From Squalus acanthias (lineage: Eukaryota): a stretch of 64,000 bases of DNA. The notes beneath the pieces are model-generated. The model was not told the origin of the DNA and searched no databases. It saw nothing but the letters and a program-made list of their open reading frames with translations. Location: the NCBI GenBank assembly GCA_030390025.1, contig JASTWF010000355.1:124001-188000 (forward strand), in the 5' to 3' direction. This document shows, piece after piece, positions 37,901-52,100 of the stretch (position 1 is the first letter of the stretch; each line of letters starts with the position of its first letter). The translations under genes and the position numbers were made by a program.

Positions 37901-38581
37901 ATTGAAGTCCTGACTATCCATTGGTGGACTCGTGCTCGCGGTTACTGAGCTTTCATACCGGCAGCGATTGTGCAAAACATTGAGTGTCTGTCATTTCAAT
38001 TGCCGAAGAAGCATGCGATTGGAGTGTTTGGATTTGTCATCATTATTATTATTGATCGATTCTGCTGACCAATATAAGAACAGTGGTTGTTTTGATCATT
38101 CGGATTAATTTCTCAAAGTTTTCTAGCTGCTTCCCTCACTTCAGATTCGTCCCTTCCCTGCCACTGGAGTTCTGATTCGGTGCTGCTTTATTTTAAATAA
38201 ATCACAAAATGTGACAGCAGGAAGTAAGTGTGAGAAACAAGTGTATCATATTATCAATCAGGAATCTGATGTCATGTTGGACACCGATGGAGAGAGAAAA
38301 CTTATCCCATTAAAACTATTATAGATTCTCAGTGATTCCTAACTCTCCGAGAACAATATTTCTGATTTCTATTTTATCTCATTTAATTGCCGTTATGAGT
38401 GAATCAAGATGATTACAGAATATTTAGCCCCTGTTCAGAATGGATCACTACCCGGTCCAGTGACTGCTTCCTCTGCTCAAAACAACTGGGAGATCCCATC
38501 ACTGAGCAAATCCTTTCCTTCTCATTCTCAGTGTTTGACTTTCACTCCGCTCCTCAATATATTCATTATTATTCTTTACAG

Positions 38582-38753
38582 AAAGTCACTGAGCTCGCGG
38601 AGAAGGGAAACCGGGCGGACAGTTCCAAACTTCTCCTGAATCTGGTGATGGAGAAAGGCTCTGATGCCCGAAGGGTGATGTGGGAATCTTCTGTGAAAAT
38701 GCGACACAGGTTACCAAAGCTGGACAAAATACTGAACGAAATAGAGGAACATG
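38582..38753 (+). CDS. NLR coding exon 3, C-terminal half of CARD-like domain (KVTELAEKGNRADSSKLLLNLVMEKGSDARRVMWESSVKMRHRLPKLDKILNEIEEH)
   Basis: ttctttacag acceptor, G|GTACGG donor; 172 bp, phase 0 to 1. Confidence 0.9.
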
Positions 38754-38858
38754 GTACGGTAAAATCACCCGCTGAATTCAATGACAGATTCAAACACTGC
38801 AGATTTTACTATAATATCACACAGATCTGATTTCATGAAAGTTCATTGATTCAAACAG

Positions 38859-38924
38859 GTTCTGCTCCATTTGATGACATGAACATCGCACAAGGTTTAT
38901 CCAAAGTACCCAGTCACCTGAAAG
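38859..38924 (+). CDS. NLR coding exon 4, linker (GSAPFDDMNIAQGLSKVPSHLK)
   Basis: aaacag acceptor, AAG|GTAAGA donor; 66 bp, phase 1 to 1; joins the NACHT exon in frame. Confidence 0.85.
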
Positions 38925-41900
38925 GTAAGAGACGACATGGTGATTTCAAAGCGTTCATTTCACTTGAGAATCAGAATGTTTGACTGCAGCCGTTTGTTGA
39001 GAGGTTGTCATAATCTGGCAGTCAGAGGTACAAAGGCTGGGGAAACAGCTTTAAACGTCATTTACAATCGTGACTAATACAGAACAGTTCAATATACAAT
39101 TAAATCCGATTTGGAAGTATTGGTAAATTTGCAGGTCTTGTATGCTCCAGATAATCCAACTGCACATTGCCTACACCTGGCAGGACCTGATAGACTGTGA
39201 AACCCCATACACACCTGGCAGGACCTGATACGCTGTGAAACCCCATACACACCTGGCAGGACCTGATACGCTGTGAAACCCCATACACACCTGGCAGGAT
39301 CCTGATACACTGTGAAGTCCCATACACACCTGGCAGGATCCTGATACACTGTGAAACCCCATACACACCTGGCAGGATCCTGATACACTGTGAATCCCCA
39401 TACACACCTGGCAGGAACCTGATACACTGTGAAACTCCATACACACCTGGCAGGATCCTGATACACTGTGAAACCCCATACACACCTGGCACGATCCTGA
39501 TACACTGTGAAACCCCATACACAGCTGGCAGGATCCTGATACACTGTGAAACCCCATACACACCTGGCAGGATCCTGATACACTGTGAAACTCCATACAC
39601 ACCTGGCAGGATCCTGATACACTGTGAAACCCCATACACACCTGGCAGGATCCTGATACACTGTGAAACCCCATACACACCTGGCAGGATCCAGATACAC
39701 TGTGAAACCCCATACACACCTGGCAGGATCCTAATACACTGTGAAACCCCATACACACCTGGCAGGATCCTTATACACTGTGAAACTCCATACACAACTG
39801 GCAGGACCCTGATACACTGTGAAACTCCATACACACCTGCCAGGATCCTCATAGACTGTGAAACCCCATACACACCTGGCAGGATCCTGATACAATGTGA
39901 AACCCCATACACACCTGGCAGGATCCTGATACATTGTGAAACCCCATACACATCTGGCAGGTTCCTGATACACTGTGAAACCCAATACACAACTGGTAGG
40001 ATCCCGATACACTGAAACACCATATACACCTGGCAGGATCCTGATAAACTGTGAAACCCCATACACACCTGGCAGGATCCTGATAAACTGTGAAACCCCA
40101 TACAAACCTTGCAGGGTCATGATATGCTGTGAAACCCCATAGACACCTGGCAGCAACCTGATACACTGTCAAACCTCGTACACACCTAGCATGATCCCGA
40201 AACATTTTGAAACCCAATACACAACTGGCAGGATCCTGATACACTGTGAAAACCTATACACACTGGCAGGATCCTGATACACTGTGAAAGCCCATACACA
40301 CCTGGCATGAACCTTATACACTGTGAAACCCCATACACACCTGGCAGGATCCGGATACACTGTGAAACCCCATACACACCTGTCAGGAACCTGAAACACT
40401 GTGAAACCCCATACATCCTGGCAATATCTTGATACACTGTAAAACCACGTATACCCCTGGCAGGATCCTGAAAAACTGTGAAACCCCATACACACTTGGC
40501 AGGATCCTGATATTCTGTGAAACCCCATACACACCTGGCAGTATCCTGAAAAACTGTGAAAACCCCATACACACCTGGCAGGATCACTGTGAAACCTCAT
40601 ACAAACCTGACAGGATCCCGATACACTGTGAAACCCAATACAAACCTGGCAGGATCACTGTTAAACCCCATACACACCTGGCAGGATCCTGATACACTGT
40701 GAAACCCAATACACAACTGGCAGGATCACTGTGAAACCCCGTAAAAACCTGACAGGAACCTGATACATTGTGAAATACCACACACACCTTGCAGGATCCC
40801 GATACACTGTGAAACCCATTACACACCTGGCAGGATCCCGATACATTTGAAACTCAATACACAACTGGCTTAGTTACTGTGAAACCCCATACACACCTGG
40901 CAGGATCCTGAGACACTGTGAAAGATCATACACACCTGGCAGGATTCTGAAACACTGTGAAATCCCATACACACCTGGCAGGATCCTGATACACTGTGAA
41001 ACCCCATACACACCTGGCAGGATCCTGATTCACTGTGAACCCCCATACACACCTGGGAGGACTGTGATACAGTGTGAAACACCATACACACCTGGCAGGT
41101 TCCTGATACACTATGAAACCCCATACACACCGGGCAGGATCCTGATACACTGTGAAACCCCATACACACCTGGCAGGATCCTGATAAACTGTGAAACCCC
41201 ATACACACATGGCAGGATCCTGATAAACTGTGAAACACCATACATACCTGGCAGGATACTGATAAAGTTTGAAAACCCATCCACACCTGGCAGGATCCTG
41301 ATACACTGTGAAACACCATACACACCTGGAATGACCCTGATACACTGTGAAACCCCATACACACCTGGCAGGTTCCGGATACACAGTGAAAAACTATACA
41401 CACCTGGCAGGTTCCCGATACACTGTGAAAGCCCATACACAGCTCGCAGGATCCTGATACACTGTGAAACCCAATACACAACTGGTAGGATCCCGATACA
41501 CTGAAACACCATATACACCTGGCAGGATCCTGATAAACTGTGAAACCCCATACACACCTGGCAGGATCCTGATAAACTGTGAAACCCCATACAAACCTTT
41601 GCAGGGTCATGATATGCTGTGAAACCCCATAGACACCTGGCAGCAACCTGATACACTGTCAAACCTCGTACACACCTAGCATGATCCCGAAACATTTTGA
41701 AACCCAATACACAACTGGCAGGATCCTGATACACTGTGAAAACCTATACACACTGGCAGGATCCTGATACACTGTGAAAGCCTATACACACCTGGCATGA
41801 ACCTTATACACTGTGAAACCCCATACACACCTGGCAGGATCCGGATACACTGTGAAACCCCATACACACCTGTCAGGAACCTGAAACACTGTGAAACCCC

Positions 41901-44112
41901 ATACATCCTGGCAATATCTTGATACACTGTAAAACCACGTATACAACTGGCAGGATCCTGAAAAACTTTGAAACCCCATACACACTTGGCAGGATCCTGA
42001 TATTCTGTGAAACCCCATACACACCTGGCAGTATCCTGAAAAACTGTGAAAACCCCATACACACCTGGCAGGATCACTGTGAAACCTCATACAAACCTGA
42101 CAGGATCCCGATACACTGTGAAACCCAATACAAACCTGGCAGGATCACTGTTAAACCCCATACACACCTGGCAGGATCCTGATACACTGTGAAACCCAAT
42201 ACACAACTGGCAGGATCACTGTGAAACCCCGTAAAAACCTGACAGGAACCTGATACATTGTGAAATACCACACACACCTTGCAGGATCCCGATACACTGT
42301 GAAACCCATTACACACCTGGCAGGATCCCGATACATTTGAAACTCAATACACAACTGGCTTAGTTACTGTGAAACCCCATACACACCTGGCAGGATCCTG
42401 AGACACTGTGAAAGATCATACACACCTGGCAGGATTCTGAAACACTGTGAAATCCCATACACACCTGGCAGGATCCTGATACACTGTGAAACCCCATACA
42501 CACCTGGCAGGATCCTGATTCACTGTGAACCCCCATACACACCTGTGAGGACCGTGATACAGTGTGAAACACCATACACACCTGGCAGGTTCCTGATACA
42601 CTATGAAACCCCATACACACCGGGCAGGATCCTGATACACTGTGAAACCCCATACACACCTGGCAGGATCCTGATAAACTGTGAAACCCCATACACACAT
42701 GGCAGGATCCTGATAAACTGTGAAACCCAATACACACCTGTCAGGATCACTGTGAAACCCATACACACCTGCCAGGATCCCGATACATTTTGAAAGCCAA
42801 TACAAACCTGACAGGATCACTTTTAAATCCCATACCCACCTGGCAGGATCCTGATACACTGTGAAACCCAATACACAACTGGCAGGATCACTGTGAAACA
42901 CCGTAAAAACCTGACAGGAACCTGATACACTGTGAAACCCCATACACACCTGGCAGGATCCTGATTCACTGTGAAATACCATACACACATGGCAGGATCC
43001 CGATACACTGTGAAACCCAATACACACCTGGCAGGATCCCGATACACTGTGAAACCCAATACACACCTGGCAGGTTCCCGATACATTTGAAACTCAATGC
43101 ACAACTGGCTTGGTTACTGTGAATCCATATACAAACCTGACAGGATCCCAATACATTGTGAAAGGCCATACAGACCTGGCAGGATCCTGATACACTGTGA
43201 AACCCCGTAAACACCTGGCAGGTTCCTGATAAACTGTGAAACCCCATACACACTTGGCAGGATCCTGATACACTGTGAAACACCATACAGACATGGCAGG
43301 ACGCTGATACAGTGTGAAACACCATACACACCAGGTAGGATCCTGATACACTGTGAAACCCCATACACACCTGGCAGGATCCTGATACACTGTGAAATAT
43401 CATACACACCTGGCAGGATACCGATAAATTGTGAAACCCAATACACAACTGGTAGGATCCCGATACATTTTGAAACCCAATACAAACATTGCAGGATCCT
43501 GATACATTTTGAAAGCGAAATAACATCTGGCAGGATCACTGTGAAACCCCGTAAAAACCTGACAGGAACCTGATACACTGTGAAATACCATACACACCTG
43601 GCAGGATCACAATACATTTGAAACTGAATACACACCTGGCTTGGTTACTGTGAAACCCCATACACACCTGGCAGGATGCTGATAAACTGTGAAAACCTAT
43701 ACAAACCTGGCAGGATCCCAATTCATTGTGAAAGGCCATACACACCTGGCAGGATCCTGATAAACTGTGAAACCCCATACAAACCTGGCAAGATCCTGAT
43801 ACACTGTGAAACCTCATACACACCTGGCAGGATCCTGATACACTGTGAAACCCCGTACACACCTGGCAGGATCCTGATAAACTGTGAAACCCCAAACACA
43901 CTTGGCAGGATCCTGATAGACTGTGAAACACCATACACACATGGCAGGATCCTGATAAACAGTGAAACCCCATACACACCTGGCAAGATCCTGATACACT
44001 GTGAAACCTCATACACACCTGGCAGGATCCTGATACACTGTGAAACCCCGTACACACCTGGCAGGATCCTGATAAACTGTGAAACCTCATACACACCTGG
44101 CAGGATCCTGAT

Positions 44113-44573
44113 AAAATTGAGAGGTCGCACAACACCAGGTTATAGTCCAACAGTTTTATTTGAAATCACAAGCTTTCGGAGCTATCGATTGCCCCTTCCT
44201 CAGGTGAAGTAGTCTACAGAATGGGCAATCGATAGCTCCGAAAGCTTGTGATTTCAAATAAAACTGTTGGACTATAACCTGGTGTTGTGCGACCTCTCAA
44301 TTTTATCAGGATCCTGCCAGGTGTGTATGGGGTTAAACAGTTTATCAGGATCCTGCCAAGTGTGTATGGGGTTTCACAGTAATCCTGCCAGGTGTGTATT
44401 GAGTTTCAAATGTTAGGGATCCTGCCAGGTGTGTATTGGGTTTTTCATCTGAGGAAGGGGCAATCGATAGCTCCGAAAGCTTGTGATTTCAAATAAAACT
44501 GTTGGACTATAACCTGGCGTTGTGCGACCTCTCAATTTTGTCCACCCCAGTCCAACAGCGGCATCTCCGCATC
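44113..44573. mobile_element. Three Penelope-like end fragments (-, +, +) inside the 39-bp array
   Basis: gtcgcacaacaccaggttatagtccaacag...cacaagctttcggagc at 44113-44210; its reverse complement at 44223-44304 and 44446-44573. Confidence 0.88.
44446..44485 (+). ncRNA. Minimal hammerhead ribozyme core (a second copy on - at 44168-44206)
   Basis: CTGAGGA (44449-44455), stem II ggggc-aatcgata-gctcc, GAAA (44475-44478), palindromic AAGCTT. Confidence 0.65.
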
Positions 44574-46973
44574 AGGATCCTGATACATAGGGAAACCGCA
44601 TACACACCTGGCAAGATCCTGATACCGTGTGAAACCCCATACACACCAGGCAAGATCCTGATACAGTGTGAAACCCCATACACACATGGCAGGATCCTGA
44701 TACACTGTGAAACCCCATACACACCTGGCAGGATCCTGATACACAGTGAAACCGTATACACACCTGGCAAGATCCTGATACACTGTGAAACCCCATACGC
44801 ACCTGGCAGGATCCTGATACACTGTTTAACCCCATACACCCCTGACGGAATCCGGATACACTGTGAAAACCCATACACACCCGTCAAGATACTGATACAC
44901 TGTGAAACCCCATACAAACCTTGTAGGGTCATGATATGCTCTGAAACCCCATAGACACCTGGCAGCAACCTGATACACTGTGAAACCCCATACACAACTG
45001 GCATGATCCCGATACATTTTGAAACCCCATACACCCCTGGCAGGATCCTGATACACTGTGAAACGCCATACACACCTGGCAGGATCCTGATACACTGTGA
45101 AACCCCATACACACCTGGCTTGATCCTGATACATTGTGAAACCCAATTCACATCCTGTAGGATCCTGTTACACTGTGAAACCCCATACTTCCTGGCAATA
45201 TCTTGATACACTGTAAAACCCCATACACACCTGGCAGGATCCTGATAAACTTTGAAGCCCCATACACACTTGGCAGGATCCTGAAATACTGTGAAACACC
45301 ATACACACCAGGCAGGATCCTGATACACTATGATATCCCGTTAACACCTGGCAGGATCCTGATTCACTGTGAAACCCAAGACACCACTGGTAGGATCCAG
45401 ATGCACTGTGAAACCCAATACACACCAGGCAGGATCACTGTTAAACCCCATACACACCTGGCAGGATCCTGATTCACTGTGAAATACCATACACACATGG
45501 CAGGATCCCGGTACACTGTGAAACCCAATAAACACCTGGCAGGATCCCGATACACTGTGAAACCCAATACACACCTGGCAGGTTCCCGATACATTTGAAA
45601 GTCAATGCACAACTGGCTTGGTTACTGTGAATCCATATACAAACCTGGCAGGATCCCAATACATTGTGAAAGGCCATACAGACCTTGCAGGATCCTGATA
45701 CACTGTGAAACACCATACAGACCTGGCAGGACGCTGATACAGTGTGAAACACCATACACACCAGGCAGGATCCTGATACACTGTGAAACCCCATACAGAC
45801 CTGGCAGGATCGTGATACAGTGTGAAACCCCATACACATCTGGCAGCTTCACGAAACAGCGTCAAAGGAACGTTGACAGCTGCCCACATATATTTGACCA
45901 TCATTGGAGCAGTGACTTGCTGCCATCAGCCGTCATTTCCAGCGCAGCGCCCTCTACAGGGGATCTGTGGACTGTGAGCAGGAGAAGAAACAGCGCGGCT
46001 CTTCAACCAGTCACATGGAAGGATCCTCACTGAGGCGCAGATTCCAAACCAGGAATTATAAAACAGGAAATAATAAATTACATTTATATCATGTGGACAA
46101 AATGAAATAAAGTTTGAGAAATATAAATGGGATTAAGGAAGAGAGATTAAGGAAGACGAGGAGGAAAAGTAAATATACATATATATAATTTATTTAAATC
46201 TGCAACATTAATTTTCTTCTGAGGGTGTGAGAATCCACACATGTATAATTATTTTTTCAGGGCCAGAGAGATTGTTCAGCAGTAATTATCATTTATTAGG
46301 CAGTTTAAAATCTCACTTAATCCTGAATGCACCAGCCCTAACTCTTTCAGCCATCTTTCGTGTGATCTGCAAGGTTAGTACCCCAAGTTTACGCAGTTGC
46401 AGTGATGTCAATGCCGACTATCGGCGAGGACTGCAACAGCGCCTCTTGTGGAAGAGCAGAGTATCTCTGACAGCAACTTCTGGATTTTTGTTTTTAACTG
46501 CGCATGTGCGGACACTTCAAGTTACTGTCAATTTTACCCAGTAATAACGGCGGGCGCTGACAGTCTCCCCATTATTATTACAGCAAAATCCAGTCAATGT
46601 TCTGGCCGATTAGGAGGTGATTACGTAGCTTCCCAATTGCAATGAAGGATCGAACATTATTCTACTCAAAGTATCGTCCTTCAATTCACGAGTCTTTTTA
46701 GACACAATGTAATGACTAACGGAAACATATGGTAGTTCCCAAACCTGCAGTACAGGACACTAAGACCAAAATTAAACAACGGAGTATGATTATTGGCAGA
46801 ACATTTCAAATGTACTGTAAATGTTTTCTGCTCTAACATTACACTGAGTGAAGTGGGCTATAGTTCTATTTCTGTTTGTAATCGGTGATATGACAGAGGA
46901 TTGTTATAAAACACATTCAATAAACCTATGTGTAAAACTGCTGAAAATATGTTCGCAATTTCTTAAACACAAT

Positions 46974-47678
46974 GGCCCTGAATTTCCGATCGGAGACTTC
47001 CTGCGTGCGGTGCCTCCGATCGGAAACAATCTACGAACCTACCTGCTGGTTCGGTAACTCCCGAGGCTGGGCCTCTCCGGGTCCGCGCTGGACGACGCCC
47101 ACGTTTCCCAGGGGCCCATGCCGTTCGCGCACCCCTGCAATCACGTGGGCTAGGTGAACCAATCAAAGAACGGGATCCGGCTTCACACTTTTGACAGGTC
47201 TGTACACACAGAACGGTCAAAAGTATGAATGGGGATCTCATTTAAATACACTCTAAAACATTAAATACATTTTATAAATACATTACATAATTAACATTAA
47301 TTTAAATTCCATTTAATTAAAGATTGTTTTTAAAAATTAAATCTTTTGAAAAATGAAGTTTTCACGGGGCTAAAAATAAACTTGCCTTTTTGAAGAGTAT
47401 TTTTAATTTATAAATGAGTTATCCAATTTAATTTTTCTATTTTACAACACTACGTTTACCAGGCGTAATGATTCTACGGCCTTTCAGTGGGTGGATGTTG
47501 TGCGAAAAGCTCAACTCTCCACCCACAGAGGCACTTTTCCCGGGCAGGCGGAACTTGACAGATCGCAAGTGCCTGTTTTTAGCGCATGCGCTTTTATTGC
47601 CTGAAAACGACAATTGCGAGACCCCTATGGGTGCGGACACGCCTCGTACGCGCCCGTCGGGGTCAGAAAATCCGGCCC
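46974..47678. mobile_element. MITE of a related family (PHIS-like TIRs)
   Basis: GGCCCTGAATTTC / GAAAATCCGGCCC termini; flanks AAT and ATT; same layout as copies 1 and 2 (GC-rich hairpin ends, CCAAT, AT-rich core). Confidence 0.7.
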
Positions 47679-48064
47679 ATTATAACAGGAGAATGATTAG
47701 GTGCAGAAAATTTGTATTTGACCCCAAATAAGCCTGTCCCTGTTATAGAGATGACCCACTTACCCCTCCTCTCCGTGTATCTATATAAACACGTTGAATT
47801 GTCCCTACCCCGTCAAACGCGGCCCCATTACTCTACTTCCCGATCAATCACGCTTTTGGTGACAAAAATACCGAGTTACCTTCTTACTTCTGACTTTCAA
47901 TTCACTCCCTTATTAATTATTTTGCTAATTGTGAGGCTTTTTTCTTCATTAATTTTGTGAATTCCATTAAAACATTTCAATACCGAAATTTCATGACCAA
48001 ATAAAACACATCAAACCCAGTAACCATTCTTGCAGCATGAACTCTGATTACCTTCAATCATCTT

Positions 48065-48530
48065 TCTCGGTGCACACAATACACCGGATAACCTGCACAA
48101 GTCATGAAACAATAGTAATTTACCTCCTGTCTATTCACAATCTGTCCCTCTCTCAGTGCACACAATACACCGGATAACCTGCACAAGTCATGAAACAATA
48201 GTAATGTCCCTCCTGTCTATTCACAATCTGTCCCTCTCTGAATGCACACAATACACCGGATAACCTGTACAAGTCATGAAACAACGGTAATTTAACTCCT
48301 GTCTTTTCACAATCTGTCCCTCTCTCAGTGCACACAATACACCGGATAACCTGCACAAGTCATGAAACAATAGTAATTTCCCTCCTGTCTATTCACAATC
48401 TGTCCCTCTCTCAGTGCACACAATACACCGGATAACCTGCACAAGTCATGAAACAATAGTAATTTCCCTCCTGTCTATTCACAATCTGTCCCTCTCTCAG
48501 TGCACACAATACACCGGATAACCTGCCCAA
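48065..48530 (+). repeat. 86-bp minisatellite, subfamily 1 (~5.4 units)
   Basis: tgcacacaatac recurs at 48071, 48157, 48243, 48329, 48415. Confidence 0.93.
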
Positions 48531-48539
48531 TCCCTGAGA

Positions 48540-49090
48540 CATTTGCAGTGTCTGTTAAGGAAGGGAAAGGTTAAGGGTGGTAATTCCTCAGCTCAACATC
48601 TTGGCAGCTGAATCACGGCCGGTAATGATGGAACGATACAAATCCGGTATGCGAAAGGGGCATGAATTGGAGGAGCACAGTTATCTCGGCGGATTGTGTG
48701 GCTGGAGGAGGTTACAGAGATAACGAGGGGGCGAGGACATGGAGGGATTCGAAAATAAGAATTATATTTTTTAAGTCCAGACGTTGCTTGACCGGGAGCC
48801 AATGCAGCACATGGGAAATGGGTAAACTGGATTGATGCGAATTCGGGTGTGGGCAGCAGAGTTTTCAATGAGCTTGTTTATGGAGGGTGTAAGGTGGGAG
48901 GCCAGCCAGGAGAACACTGGAATAGTCGAGTCCGGAAGTAACGAAGAGCACGGATGAGGGTTGAAGCAGCAGCTGAGCTGAGGCTAGGGTGGAAACTGAA
49001 GATGTGGCAGAGATGGAAGTAGGCAGACCTCGTGATGGAGAGGATAAGAGGTTCGGAAGCTTAGTTAATGGTTAAATAGAACGGCGAGTG
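48540..49090 (-). mobile_element. Degraded L2 LINE fragment
   Basis: Reverse-strand L2-like 3' ORF2 sequence (ggccagccaggagaacactggaatagtcgag on +). Confidence 0.65.
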
Positions 49091-49104
49091 GAACATCCGT
49101 CCAA

Positions 49105-52100
49105 TCACAGATTGTCCCACTCCCAATTCACACAATGCCCCAGATAACCTGCCCAAGGTCTGATACAGTAACAGTGGGACACTTGACCATTCACAGGCTG
49201 TCCCACTCCCAATTCACACAATGCCCCAGATAACCTGCCCAAGGTCTGATACAGTAACAGTGGGACACTTGACCATTCACAGGCTGTCCCACTCCCAATT
49301 CACACAATGCCCCAGATAACCTGCCCAAGGTCTGATACAGTAACAGTGGGACACTTGACCATTCACAGGCTGTCCCACTCCCAATTCACACAATGCCCCA
49401 GATAACCTGCCCAAGGTCTGATACAGTAACAGTGGGACACTTGACCATTCACAGGCTGTCCCACTCCCAATTCACACAATGCCCCAGATAACCTGCCCAA
49501 GGTCTGATACAGTAACAGTGGGACACTTGACCATTCACAGGCTGTCCCACTCCCAATTCACATAATGCCCCAGATAACCTGCCCAAGGTCTGTTACAATA
49601 ACAGTGGGAAACTTGACCATTCACAGACTGTCCCACTCCAAATTCACACAATGCCCCAGATAACCTGATACAGTAACAGTGGGATACTAGAACATAGAAA
49701 CATAGAATCATAGAAGATAGGAGCAGGAGTAGGTCATTCGGCCCCTCTAGCCTGCTCCGCCATTCAATGCGATCATGGCTGATCATCCAAATTCAGAACC
49801 CTGTCCCTGCTTTCTCCCCATATCCCTTGATCCCTTTAGCCTTAAGAATTATATCCAACTCCTTCGTGAATATATTTAATGAATTGGCCTCTACTGCCTT
49901 CTGTGGTAGAGAATTCCACAGGTTCACCACTCTCTGGGTGAAGAAATTCCTCCTCAGTTCTGTCCTAAATGGCTAACCCCTTATCCTTAGACTGTGTCCC
50001 CTGGTTCTGGACTCCCCGACCATCGGGAACATCCTTCCTGCATCTAGTCTGTCCAGTCCTGTCAGAATTTTATAAGTTTCAATGAGATCCCCTCTCATTC
50101 TTCTAAACTCCACCGAGTATAAGCCCAATCGACCCAATCTCTGGTCATACGTCATTCCTGCCTTCCCAGGTATCAGCCTGGTGAATCTTCGCTGAACTCC
50201 CTCCATGGCAAGAACCTCCTTCCTCAAATAAGGGGACCAAAACTGCACACAATACTCAAGATGTGGTCTGACCAAGGCCCTGTACAACTGCAGCAAGACA
50301 TCCTTGTTCCTGTACTCAAACCCTCTCGCTACGAAGGCCAACATACCAGTTGCCTTCTTAACCGCCTGCTGTACCTGCATGCTTACCTTCAGCGACTTGT
50401 ACACAAGGACACCCAGGTCTCATTGCACTCCCCTTCTCCCAATCTATTGCCATTCAGATAATAATCTGCCTTCCTGTTTTTGACACAAAAGTGGATAACC
50501 TCGCAATTATCCACGTTATATTGCATCTGCGATGCTTCTGCCCACTCACCCAACCTGTCCAAATCATCCTGGAGTTTCTCGGTATCCTCCTCGCAGCACA
50601 CCCACACAGCTTTGTGTCGTCTGCAAACTTGGATATATTACATCTAGTTCCCTTGTCTAGATCATTAATATATATTGTGAATAGCTGCTGTCCAAGGACC
50701 GATCCCTGCGGTACCCTACTAGTCACTGCCTGCCACTAGGAAAAGGACCAGTTTATTCCAACTCTTTGCTTTTTGTCTGCCAAACAGTTCTCTATCCAAG
50801 TCAATACCTTGCCCCCAATCCCATGTGCCTTAACTTTCCACGCTAATCTCTTTTGCGGGACCTTATCGAAAGCCTTTTGAAAGTCCTATTACACCACATC
50901 CACTGGTTCTCCCTTATCTATTTTACCAGTTACATCCTCAAAAAATTCCAGTAGATTATTCAAGCACGATTTATCTTTTGTAAATCCATGTTGACTTTGT
51001 CCGATCCTGTCACCGTTTTCCAAGTGCTCTGCTATTACATCTTTTATAATGGACTCTAGCATTGTCCCCACTACCGATGTATGTAATTCCCCGTTTTCCC
51101 GATACCACCTTTTTTGAATAGTGGGGTAACATTAGCTACCCTCCAATCTATGGGTATTGTTCCAGATTCCATCGAATTTTGGAAGATGATCAGCAATGCA
51201 TCTACTATTTCTAGGGCCACTTCCTTAAGTACATTTGGATGTAGATTTTCAGGCCCTGGAGATTTATCGGCCTTCATCCCGCCATTTTCCCTAACACCAT
51301 TTCCCTACAAATACTGATTTCTTTCAGTTCCTCCCTTTCATCAGTCCATATGTTCCCCGAGATCTCTGGGAGGTTATTTGTGTCCTCCTTTGTAAAGACA
51401 GAACCAAAATATGTATTTAATTGGGCTGCCATTTCTTTGTTCCCCATTATAATTCCACTGCTTCTGCCTGCAAGGGACCTACGCTTGACTTCACCAATCG
51501 TTTTCTCTTCACATATCTATAAAAGCTTTCACAGTCAGTTTGTATGTTCCCTGAAAACTTCCCCTCATATTTTATTTTCCCTTTCTTAATTAATCCCTTT
51601 GTCATCCTAATCCTCAGGTTTACTGGTTTTTCTGGTCAATTTATATGTCCTCTCCTTGAATCTTATGCTATCCCTAATTTCCCTTCTTAGCCACGGTTGA
51701 GTCACCATTTTTGTTTTATTCTTATGCCAAACTGGGATGAACAAATTCTGCAGTTCATCCATGCTGTCTCTGAATGTTTGCCTTTGCCTATCCACCATCA
51801 ACCCTTTGAGTGACATTCCCCAATCAATCCTACACAACTCGCGCCTCATACCATCGTAGTTTCCTTTATTTAAATTCGGGACCCTAGTCTCTGAGTCAAC
51901 CACTTCACTCTCCATCTTAATGAAGAATTCTATCATATTATGATCGCTCCGAGCAAAGGGGCCTCGCACAACAAGATTGCTAATTAATCCTTTCTCATTA
52001 CATAATACCCAGTCTAGTATGGCGTGATCTCTGTTTGGTTCCTCGACATATTGGTCCAGTAAAACATCCCGTAAACACTCAAGGAATTCCTCCTCCACAG

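Larger units (their letters stand above)
39173..45846 (+). repeat. Minisatellite, 39-bp unit ACACCTGGCAGGATCCTGATACACTGTGAAACCCCATAC, with higher-order duplications and an internal inversion
   Basis: Direct periodicity; 13-aa repeat ORFs; inverted units at ~44302-44445. Confidence 0.96.

Noticed and set aside
38399..38581. N-terminal extension of ORF 38399..38830
   Set aside because: Pyrimidine-rich intron leading to a clear acceptor at 38581.
39089..46033. Dozens of 13-aa-repeat ORFs, some Cys/His-rich and zinc-finger-looking
   Set aside because: Translations of the 39-bp array in several frames; no C2H2 spacing or coherent gene structure.
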